Source of the DNA: Oopsacas minuta
Lineage: Eukaryota > Animalia > Porifera
Assembly (NCBI GenBank): GCA_024704765.1
Contig: JAKMXF010000155.1
Span: 373,810 to 437,809, forward strand
Length of the DNA: 64,000 nucleotides
Direction of reading: 5' to 3'
A program made the position numbers and the translations under genes. How positions within the stretch are numbered: the first letter of the stretch is position 1; the number at the start of each line of letters is the position of its first letter. Below are positions 1 to 11,072 of this stretch, piece by piece. A model generated the notes under the pieces. That model saw only the letters and a list, made by a program, of their open reading frames with translations, was not told where the DNA came from and did no database searches.

Positions 1-1031
1 TTATACAGTAAAAACAAGCCGATGCATTGTTAAAAACATTGACATCTATACGGCATAAAATTTCGATATCCGTTAATTTTCATTTCTTTCCACCTGCGAA
101 TACTTGTCCAATATGCACATTTAGTTTTACGGCCATATTTATTGTAGGTCAATGAATTTTTCTATTCCAGTTTTGGGAATTCAATTTCCTGTTACTAAAT
201 TTTATGTTTTAACATATTATTATCTTAGGCAATAATGCACCTGGAATAATCATTCTCATTTACGAATATTTAGAAATTCATGTTCAATAAAATTTTTATT
301 TGAAAGAAGTTTTCTCTATATTTTAAGATACGTGAAATTAACCCGAGAGATGGGAATAACATATTTTATTAGATGAAATTTAAGCTATTACATTTTTATT
401 TCATGTTATTCCTCAAAACCATATGGCTAATATGATCCCTGTTGTATATCGAAAATATGTATTTTGTAATTGTACTTAGTCTATACCCATTGTTAGCTGT
501 ACTAGAAATAAACCACGAGTATATTTGTGAATGGAATGAAGGTCATGGAAATTTAGGCTCTAGGAAATATTGCCAAGGAAGTTATTGGGATTCAGATCTC
601 GTGAATTTCCTACAATATTGTATTTAGTATTTTCTGAAAAACTGCTGTGCGCTTGTATATTTCATGTGCCTTTTTTGCGAAAAATCATTTACAATTTTTG
701 AAATACATATACTTTTGTAAACTAGCTGCATATTCAGGCAATAACTGTAAGATATTCATAAATTATTGTTATCCCTCAGATTATTTCTAAAGATAATCAT
801 GTATCTCTTATCGTATTCGAGATATTTTACTGTTATCGGTATTTGCTGAACATTCTAATATATGAAACCACCATTCGAGTACCGAATCGTGTATTCACTT
901 TTTTCGAACAAATATAATTGCATCCGACATGGATGTTCCAAAATTATCAATTTTGTAAAACAAATTTCGGTTGATAAATTTTGCTTGTAAAGTAATCAGA
1001 CTAAATATTCGATTTTTTGGGACGCTTTAGT

Positions 1032-1607
1032 GGGATCGCGGAACTTGACCAAAAATTAATTCAGATTTGATCTAAAATTGAAGTATGAATTTGACCTAAA
1101 TAAAATTAGGAAGTAGGAGGATGACCTAAAATAGAAATAGGAATTTGCCATAAAATTCATTCCGTTTGAATTTGCAGAAATCTTACTGTGATGTTTGTTT
1201 GGATTTTCTACTTGTGATTATAAAATTTTCTTGGATTATTTAATTAGATTGTATTTTTGCCGAGAACATGACTTGTTAGTTATATTATGTTTTGTATACA
1301 TTTTGTTGTGTTCGATTCGTTACAATCCAATTTGTTCTGCAGCTATTTTAGTACTATTTTGTAATTTTCATGTGTTGGGATTTTACCGATGTCTATTCAG
1401 CATATTAATAGATAATCTATTGTTACGAATTTAATGATGTGTTTTGGTAATTTGCCAACTATATTTGGCAATTTGCAGGCGTCTCGAAGCAAGTAATCCA
1501 GGTCTGAAGAAGCCGATTTTTTTGTAGACCAAAGTCTTATAATAATAGTGGTAAGCCCATAACCATGTTCGAGTTCTTCCGTGTTTTTGGTCAAATTCCT
1601 GCTTCCC
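1032..1607. mobile_element. Non-autonomous MULE/foldback-type element (MITE) with subterminal tandem repeats
   Basis: Inverted ends GGGAtcgcGGAACTTGACCAAAAA / GGGAagcaGGAATTTGACCAAAAA (rc). Flanking direct repeat GCTTTAGT at 1024-1031 and 1608-1615 (extends to 10 bp, CGCTTTAGTG). About five copies of a GAATTTGACCTAAAAT-like motif at 1040-1157. Confidence 0.7.
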
Positions 1608-4580
1608 GCTTTAGTGTATGCTGTATACAATGAAATGCCTACCCTAATTTTCCAATAATTTAAACGATTATTAACGAAGCCGTTTTCAGCCAATTCGAAC
1701 TACACAAAACGTTTCACTTGTATCGTATGTTTAACCGACTTTCCGTATAGCTGGCTATACCCTGATATAATTTGAAAGTATATCATTGGTAAATTGTGAA
1801 AAAATGTCATAATATTTGTAAGATATGTGTGATGACTTAGCATTAACCGATTATGCTTGAAATTTTCGCTTGTAATGTAAAGGAACACTAAAAAATTGCT
1901 ATACATTTTTGTATGTACATTGGAACAATGGGCTAATTTCAATGACAGTGATTCGTTTTTGGTCACCTAGGATTTTTTCAAATGTATTTGTATAATTTGA
2001 AGTTCCTATATATTTGATTTGGTAAGTATTTTCCACCAAACTGAGAAGGCGAAGATCTCTCACTTTATGAAATATGACTGTCTCTTTACTATTTCAATGC
2101 CTCAGTATACGACCTCCAAAGGACCTAAATGAATGCTTCATGGCACAGTAATATTTAAAATAACTCTACTATAGCCTATTGTTACCGAAGTGATACTTCA
2201 TGGCCTACCATATATACGGCTAGCCTAAGTAAAGAATTGTCAAAATAATTTCCAGGCCATTGAATTTATTCTCTTTGATCATAAAGAATTGCAGTTAGCA
2301 ACCCTAATTCAACTGTGTATAGCTATCCACATATGGTGAGGACATCTAGAATACTGTTGAACCTGCTTTCCAATTTATTCTGAACAATAATGACGCGATC
2401 AAAGTTCACCTTCAATAATGGTAATTATCTTACTAATAAATACCAATATTATCATAAACCGACAATTCCATGAAATAAATCATCATTCGTATTAACTTAG
2501 CACAAAAGCACAATAGAAAGACTATATAAAATGAACTTATACAATGGTTAACAATTATCACGTATTTTGTGTTCCCATACATTTTCTGATGGAATTTCTT
2601 CGAATTTCTAGGATTGACTTTTCAATGTTGTTTTTAAGGGGAATATCACTAAAATGAGTATTAATGAGTATTTATTAAAATGAAGATCATCCTTGGGGTA
2701 CTTAAACTACCATTTAACTAGGAAAAGATATTTTGATAAAAAGGATTAGTTTAAGTTTTCAGAGTTTCTGAATAATTGATAAATTGGAAAAAATTACCAT
2801 AACTTTGATTGTGGTTAAAATAACTTGGAAAGCAGATTTAAAAGTATTCTAGATGTCTCCATCATATCTGGAAACCTTTGTACAGTTGAATGTATAATGA
2901 TAAATGAAATTCTTCATGATCAAAGCGAATATATTCAATGACCTGGAAATTATTTTGACAATTCTTTGCTTGGCTAGCGTGTGTATAGTAGGCCATGGTT
3001 GAGTTCTTAAGAAAAGTAAGATTTTTGGTTGTTGTTTTATCTTTTCTTCTAACATGTCAAGAGCATGTATTATTTGTACAACTTCTTGTTATTCTTTTGA
3101 TATATTATTTCTTGTTTTAGTACTTTTGGTAATATGTCCTTTTGAATAATTGACTAATTTACGACTTTTCCTCCTACTATTAACCAGATGTGATTGTATA
3201 TACAATCAGTTAATACTCCGTATGTTGCTAAACATGAATTTTTCGAATATAATCATGTCCTTTATATTTCCAATCACATATTTTATGCACTTACCATGTG
3301 TTTTCAACTTTGAATCTCAACTCTCTTTCTCTCAACTTTTATTTCCCCTCCATCATAAAAGCATTTCAATTACACGATATCACCGGTTATCTAAAGGTCT
3401 ACATTTCTATTCTTACCTCCATGTCAGAAATTAATGTTCATCCTTCAAGGCTGAAAGCATGCCTTCATTTCTAGTCGCGTGATATCACTATTTTATTCAA
3501 ACCATTTTGAGAAATCAGTTGTTAGGCCTACCTCACCTAGGGAGTAACTAGCATTGAGACAGATGAAGCAGTTGTCTCCTCGTTTTTTCGAATATTTCCC
3601 TCAATTTAACACACCATTATAGTGATGCAAATATTCATCCTCGTCTCCCAGCTCTAGAATCCATAGATACGTCCTTAGCATATACTATGCCACTTTGTTG
3701 CATGCTAAGGGCCATATACAGAGTGCAACAATGTTATTTGCAATTTATGTTGTATGTAAATTTCAACCTACTTAATGTACCCTTGATCCATCATTTATTT
3801 TGGGCTAGTGTTACTAAAATCTTATTTTAGACTTTTTTTGCCTTGGAGATACATAGTTTATCTGTGCTCTGTAATTCACTGATTTACCAAAGAATCTCTA
3901 GCAGATACTCTTTGTAATTGTACTCGTACTCGTAGGAATCCTAATCTATTTGTGTTAAGAAAAGTAAACTAGTCTAAAGTAAATCGTCTTGCCACCAGGG
4001 ACTAATTGTAATAAAAATGGGTTAGAAATGTGAGAAATATCCAATCCGTGGCTTTGAATTCATCAGCATCGACTTAGGTATCGTCTGAGGCATCTAAACT
4101 CTTAGTATAAGAAAATATTATTCAATTATCCAGGAATCTCCCTTATCGGTTTTCGACAGTTCATCTTTTGTAGCAACAAATCTATAGATTAGTGTCAATT
4201 TATCAGAGAATTTGCTTGATGCTACATTTTTTCTGCTCACTAAGAAGGCTCGAGAAACAGTTAGAGGTTTGGTCGCTTATCAATACCAATTTTATTGTGA
4301 CTTAGCTTGTACGTCAGCGTTTCAACCATTGAGCATTGTTAAATTCGCTTGCAGATATTGGCGAGCTTTCCATCTGGGCACCCGACTCACTTGATGTAGA
4401 TGTATAACAATATTTGTCTTCCGAAGCTATTTATAAAGTGCCAATGTGAGAGCGGTAACTATAACTTCTCCATATTCCTTTATAACTAGTCTGAGGTTTG
4501 CGACGAAATATGCTTTTTCGTTGAGAAAAATTCAATATCCATCTTTGTTTTAATAATTGAGTTCTCAACATGACTTAGAT

Positions 4581-6865
4581 CAGTGGTTCCCAATTTTTCT
4601 CATTGCGTACTCCTCAAGCTAGATATTTTGTGATGTACCCTTTAAAATGACCTGTATTATAAATATTATGTGTACAATCCCTTTTACCCAGTTGTGAAAA
4701 ATAAAAGTGTTTTTATTCTTGTACTATAAATAAAGTACATAATTATTAAATGGGGGGGAGGATGTACTTGTATGTTGTGTATTAGGCTATCAATTCGTGA
4801 CACCGTTTTTGAAAGGGCCAGACGGAAATCAGCTTCCACAGACAACTGCGCTCGAAATTTGTTTTTAATTAGTAATAGCGCTGAAAATCATTGTTCACAA
4901 ACGTAAGTACTGGGCTCATCTATCTGCCACGTTGGGATATATCCAGCTCATTTCGCACCAGAACATTGTGAGTGCGAGTGTTTCAAATTGATGTCGGGCA
5001 TTTGAATCATTGACTAATTCAACAAATTCTTCTTGGACTCTATCTGGTATAGAACTTACATCGTATCAAATGGATTTCGAATCATTTTCATGTCCAGGTC
5101 GCTCAGATCTGGGAAGTTTGAAATTCATTTCGCAATGCTGAGAAGTGAGCCTTTACTAGTGTACCTGTACTCTGATCTGTATTACCCTCTTCTCCAAAAG
5201 TTGCTGAGAGGCTTTCAAAAGTCGAACTATCCCACAGTTAATTTAGCTTCCCAGAGTTCTAACTTCATAATAAATGCCCAAATCTTGTCCACACAATCAA
5301 TCAAGGTAGTAACCATCCTTGGAGGGACTTGTTGAGCAAGTTGATTCGCGAGAAGATATCATTTAAGTAGGCGAGTTTTTTCAGCCATTCTTTGTCTGAG
5401 AGTTTGCCGAAGAATACTTTTGACTTCTCTTTCCCATCTCGTTCAAAGAATTCAAGCAATTGGTTTATCTGTGAATATACTTGAGAGAGCATGTTCCCTC
5501 GTGAGAGCCAACGAACTTCAGTGAAGAACAGCAAATTCTGATGGTCAATATCTAATTTTTGCACAATAGGCGAAACACACGTGTTTTAGAGCACTGGACC
5601 TGATAAAATTAACCATGGTGACAACATCATCAAGAACAAGTTTTAGATCGGATGGAAGTGTTTTATACGCAAGAGCGTATCGGTGTATCATACAGTGATT
5701 GTGTTTCGAAACGGGATTCACTGTCTTTCCCTGAGCTCGAAATCCCTAATGAATTTCAAGCATAGCAGGGACACTATCTGTTGTGCAAGCAGAAACATTC
5801 TTCCAGGATAGTTCCATTCTATCAAAGTAATCAGAGACCTGCTGGAAGACATCTTCTCCTTTTGTGGTTGTTTCTAAGCAGATAGGAACTCTTCCTTGAA
5901 TTTGCTGTCTTTGATGTACCGTGCAAAAACCAGCAGTTGTGCACAACTAGAAACGTCCGTTGGCTCATCAAGTTGAATTGAAAACGTGTTCAACGAGGCT
6001 CCCAAAATCTCAGCAACTAACTGCTGCTCAATGTCATCTCCCATATCTGTAATTCTGCGCTTGATTGTGTCGTTCGAGAGAGGTAGAGGGGCGAGTTCTT
6101 TTCGGCGCTATCTCCCAAAATGCAGTGCACGATGTCCTTACAACAGGGGACTATAAGATTTTCTGCAATCGTATGTGGTTTCTTTTCTTGAGCGATTCGC
6201 AAAGCCACCATGTACGAGGCACGAAGACCTGCTTGAGTCTGTTGACTTAATTGTCCCTAGTGATCTATCTGAATTCGCTCTACTCCGACTTCTTGGTGCT
6301 TGAAGAAATCTATATCCTTATCTGCAAGATTTGGGTGGCACCCGCTTAAATGGCGTTTTAGAAAACTTGGTTTCATCGAGCCCTCTGATAGCACCTTATA
6401 ATATATTACATATTGTGGTTGTTCCCGTCCCCCTTTAAGTATGGATGTAAATCCATATTTGATATAATCTTGATTATATTTCAATTTCTTAGCAGATTCC
6501 ATAAATTTGGTGATAAAGTCAAGGCCTCAAAGAAATACTCCTCCAATTTCCAATTTATTCCATTTATAAGAACAATACGGTACACGGGTGGGTGTGCTAT
6601 TCAAATTAATATGAGTTGACACATATGTACGGACAATGGAATCCTTAATTAGCATAACCTCAAACAAGAAATATTCAAGAGTGATAATAATTAGCGATGA
6701 AACCATTGCAACTGATACATAATAATTATTTGGCATGGAGTTGCTATCTATGTGCTGAGTCTGTTGACATTATGGAGTGTAACTCGAAATATTTGTATAT
6801 GATTAGGTGAAACACCTGCGTACCCCTAGGAAAAGTGCTGGCGTACCCCAGTTAGAGAACCAATG
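4581..6865 (-). mobile_element. hAT DNA transposon, Buster/Charlie (ZBED5/ZBED8-like) group
   Basis: TIRs CAGTGGTTCCCAA / CATTGGTTCTCTAA (rc). Degenerate 8-bp TSD ACTTAGAT / ACTTTGTT (6/8), left copy fits nnnTAnnn. Fragmented transposase inside. Confidence 0.85.
4746..6502 (-). pseudogene. hAT Buster-type transposase, multiply frameshifted
   Basis: ORF pieces: BED finger region (YIKYGF..EQPQ..MKPSFLKRHL), KKPHTIAENLI, SACTTDSVPAM, EVRWLSRGNML, LAYLNDIFSRINLLNKSLQG. Confidence 0.85.
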
Positions 6866-6987
6866 ACTTTGTTCAATGTTTAGAATGTATATATGCCCTG
6901 TGTACATTTTCTGAGTTTACAATGCTTGCATCTTCTCACTCTTTAGATCTCTCCCATATTTTGAGAAATTCTCTGTTTGACATCCTG

Positions 6988-7011
6988 CACAGTGGCTTAG
7001 TAGTAGAGAAT
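6988..7011 (+). repeat. Left terminus of RAG1-like element (heptamer TIR plus inner TAGTAGAGAAT box)
   Basis: CACAGTGGCTTAG-TAGTAGAGAAT, read directly from the sequence. Confidence 0.85.
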
Positions 7012-7704
7012 TAAGAAATTTTTTATATTAATGCTTTCATTCCTTTATGATTTCTTTGTGTTTCTAAACATTCAAGTAGCATCCATTCCAATTTTCGAAT
7101 CATTTGGTAGCCTATTAGTTATGTAAATTTGAATCGAAACTTTGTGGTTTTTGATGTTAAAATTATCGTTTCGGAGAATTCAAAATATAAAAGATTTTCA
7201 CAAAGATTCTGATTCTTTATAGAATGTATTAGCGATCTATTGTTTCATCTATTCTAGACAATTTTGCATGCTGATTTCTAATTTTGTATCAGATATATTC
7301 TAAACTGTGTACTTTTCATGTGAAGGGTTGTTGTACTCAGGGTAAAAAATGAATCCCATTTTTCCATCGATAAAATTTTGAAAGTGTCTGAAAAAAAAAG
7401 TCAAGGAACGTCAAAGCGAAAATAATACCAGTTGTTGTTTACAATTTATGCTATGTTATATGAAGATGACAGGCCCCGAAACAATGCGCAACTTTGATTT
7501 TTTGGTCACATTCCATTGTCTGTAATCGTTGCTATGGAAATTCCTAAAGTGATATCTGTAACTATGTAATTGAATACCCGTCTAATCCTAATTCTTCTTG
7601 GAAATTACTGCACAAAATTGAACATATGACGTGTGTATATATTCGTGTACTTATGTTTTCAATCATACACCTTTATTTTCTCATAGATAGTTTATCCGTG
7701 CTCA

Positions 7705-9873
7705 ATGGCCGAACCAATTACTCCGATGACTTCCCCCGAATCCCGTCTCGATTTAGCGAGAATCCTGAAATCAAATGGCAATTGCGTCCAAACAACTCTC
7801 TGTCATCTTAGCGATCTCCATGGATTAGACGATGCCAAGCAGGCTAAACTTGAATTGATTCTACGTAGAATACGAGATATGATTAGAACTTCAAAAATAT
7901 CACTTGAATCTTTGCATGGAGATTGGTGGCATTCTGAAATTTGCTCAGAATTATTTATAGCTTCACAAGCCCCCCAAAAAACTAAGTCGGTGCGCCAAAA
8001 GAAAGAACTTATCAATCTTTCATTGCAACATCAGCGTTCCCGGATCTCTAGTGTCCTTGAGTCTATCAGATCCATCTCGGTAATCGAAAAAACTTCTGAA
8101 ATTACAATTGCAGCTCTTGCTTTGCAATTGTTGTGCAATGAAGAAGACAATCGAGAAGTTCAAGGGTATCTAAATCAATTGTGCAGGGAAAATTCTCTGG
8201 TCAATTCGGGCGTGCAGCTAAAAGCAAAGAATTGGATGTGGACAAGGCATTATTTCTTTTGGATCTACTAGAGATTGGCAAGAGGAAGTATACTCTACTA
8301 CGACAACTTTTGTTATCAAATGAAATTCACTTCCTACATATCAGAGGGTGGCCGATCATAGAAATAATTTAGTACTACGAAGTATGATTCAACTATACCC
8401 GAATCCTACAGCCCCAGTTGGTGTGTGTGTGCCATACGCTCAATTTGTCTACCATACATTTTGTAGAATTATGTGCACTCTACCGTCCCCTTCAAATGAG
8501 GATTTTCCTCTTCGATTTCAGATTGCTGATGGCTTAGATGGATCTGGAAAGCATACCGTATATAATCAACCAAATACGAATACGTCTACCAAATCATTCA
8601 TCTTATTTTGCTTCAAAGCAATACACATTGTCAATTCTAGTGGAAAGGAACTTTGGAAAAACAACTGCCCGAATTCTCCATTCTCCCAACGTCCAATTTT
8701 CCTTCTTGCTGCCACAGAAAATCATGACAATATTCACCAATTTATGAAAGATATCATCAATCCTGAAACTGATCAAATGAAGGACCAAGGTTTCTATTTT
8801 GCCGATGATAAACATATATTTGTCGATGTTGCTGATCAATGCTTGATGGTAAAATGGCAAGTATTCTCTCAGGAGCAGGAGGTGCGAGTTGCCAACTATG
8901 TACTGCAACGCAGAAAGAACTAAAAGATCGTGATTTAATTTTGCAAGGCTATCCCATCAATAGAAACATTTCAGACGCAATTCAATTATTTGGAGAACTG
9001 GAAGACATTGATGATTTCTTTTCATTACCAACAAATCAAAGATTTAACCTGACTCACCAACCATTATCAACAATAGATATTCTACCTGCTTCTCCCTTAC
9101 ATTCCTATACGTGCATTTTTAGATGGTTTAATTTACTTGTGTACCACCTGAATTGTAACAAGCTCACATGGTCACCATCATCAAAAGAAATTAAAGACTC
9201 CATGGTGGATGTGCGAACCATAGTTCAAGAAGTAACAGGTCTAAGAATTGACCAACCAGACCCCAAAGGAGGTACTACTTCCACTGGTGGTGTGGCTCGA
9301 AGAGCTTTTTCAAATGACTCCAAGTTTATTGAATGCGCAATGTCTTTGGTTAAGATTGATCATAGGGACTCACTTTGTAAATTGCACACACAATTATCTG
9401 TCATTCTGAGAATCATAAATTCAGACAGAAAAATCAATACAGAAAAATTGGGTAACCTTTGTACAGACACCTATCTCCTTATTCTTCAATCCTTTCCCTG
9501 GGTGAACATTACACCGACTTTACATAAATTACTAGCCCATTCTGAAGAAATACTGAGAGAGATGAACTTTGGGTATGGATTGAAATGCTTTAGCGAAGAA
9601 GGATCTGAAGCCTGCAACAAATTAATCAGGAAATATAGGGAACATCTAGCAAGGAAAACTTCCTTCGAGGATAATGTCATTGATATATTTGTCAGACTCT
9701 CATCTGAAAGCGATCCTGTGTTAATGAAATATCGATCGACAGTGGTGTGCACAAAGTGCGGAGAACACGGTCATACCCGAAGAGCTAAGTGCTGTAGAGA
9801 CAATGCAACAGATTTATTAGAATCATCTATTGATAATATCGTCAAGGGCCTTATTATTGATACGATATTGTAA
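7705..9873 (+). pseudogene. RAG1-core-like/Transib transposase, ~720 aa when three -1 frameshifts (near 8160, 8331, 8830) are repaired
   Basis: Overlapping ORFs 7705-8271, 8181-8372, 8348-8923, 8839-9873. NBD-like KKELINLSLQHQRSRI; D in GLDGSG (8537); D in MLDGKM (8845); SCQLC; SPLHSY; TPTLHKLLAH; E in SEEGSEACNKLIRKYR (9607); C-terminal CTKCGEHGHTRRAKCC. These parallel RAG1 CDGMG / TGYDEK / CTLC / FHKTLAH / EGNESGNK. Confidence 0.9.
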
Positions 9874-10329
9874 CAACGTAGTTTGCTGAATGTTAGTGAA
9901 TAAATAATACAATAAAACATCCCTTAATATAAGTGCTTATTGTTTTTATCAAGAAATTGTTAGAATTGATATATATATTAGCAAAAGAGATATGAATAAA
10001 TTCTAAAAACGCATTTAGAAGTATGAAGTACAAAAGCAAAATTGTGTATGACGTCATTTTATAAAAATTATGAATAATTTTGTATTTCTAACAGTTGTAA
10101 TTGCTTCCATGGGTATGATATACTATACCCAAATAATACAATTTATAGGGCTAACATTGTTATACAATCAGATATTAAAGAAAAACAAAATTCAGCATAA
10201 AGCTATGACGTCAAAAACATTGTATATAGAAACCTTATAAAAATTTTGAATACACCAAATGATTCCTAGCATATGATAACCTATATGCTAATAGTACATT
10301 ACATATGTCTGTTTCAAATGAAAATACCC

Positions 10330-10362
10330 ATTCTTTACTAACTCCCATTTTAAGCCACTGTG
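10330..10362 (-). repeat. Right terminus of RAG1-like element (heptamer TIR plus inner TAGTAAAGAAT box)
   Basis: Reverse complement reads CACAGTGGCTTAAAATGGGAGT-TAGTAAAGAAT. Confidence 0.85.
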
Positions 10363-11072
10363 TCCTGCTGATGTTTGTTTTTCGTATTGTTATGTTGCTA
10401 CTAGTGTAATTGCTAAATTTGTATCATCGGTGACCGGAATGCGCGATGAATTTGCTAATGACCAAGCGCTTGTCTACATTTTGTAGTGTATTGATGATCT
10501 TAATTATCATACTAATACTATTACACATACTGAACTCTTTTCTGTGTTCCTAATTATTGAGGTAATGTACGTGATTCTGATTGTGAAACTATAACACCTC
10601 TGAAATCTTGTGAAATGAATTGCTCTAACGATCGATCATCTGCCGGTCACTCCGTTTCTCATTTAGTTTAAAGTGTTAATACTCTTCCTCTCTGTTTTAA
10701 TAATTGTTTATTGCATTAATCTAATGCATAATACTTGCGAATTCATCTTTAATGATTTTGAGCAGGAGAATTAGTGATCACTAATAATGTGATATTACAA
10801 AATTTTTCCGGTGATTGTACTAATTGCTTAGCTAACCTTAAAATCTCTTTGATTTTTCATCAATGTCGTTTGAAATTTGTCATTACAAACTACACTATAA
10901 CCTGTTTTATTCATAGATAATTTTTCTCTGCCAGAGCAGTATCCAAATTTTCTAGTTGTTTGAATTTAAATTTAAATTTAGATTTAAGTTTTACAACATT
11001 CATATCCCAAAATATGAATTGATTTCTGTAATATATGGAATATATTGTTGCTAAATCTTTCCTGCCTGATTA

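Larger units (their letters stand above)
6988..10362 (+). mobile_element. Complete RAG1-like/Transib DNA transposon (3375 bp)
   Basis: Perfect 12-bp TIR CACAGTGGCTTA (6988-6999; rc TAAGCCACTGTG 10351-10362) beginning with the RSS heptamer CACAGTG. Perfect 5-bp TSD TCCTG (6983-6987, 10363-10367). RAG1-core-like ORF inside. Confidence 0.93.

Noticed and set aside
1397-1966. Short minus-strand ORFs as a hAT transposase
   Set aside because: Only weak resemblance (ITSEN, HTIQ), and ORF 1397-1693 runs into the 1032-1607 MITE. Too degraded to call.
6988-7030. True 12/23 RSS (heptamer plus ACAAAAACC nonamer)
   Set aside because: After 12 nt the left end reads AGAATTAAG, and after 23 nt the right end reads AATGGGTAT. 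Neither resembles the nonamer, so only the heptamer is RSS-like.
7803-9752. Antisense ORFs inside the RAG1-like gene (7803-8015, 8603-8908, 9486-9752) as RAG2-like
   Set aside because: They are short, fully overlap the transposase, and show no kelch or PHD motifs, so they are shadow ORFs.
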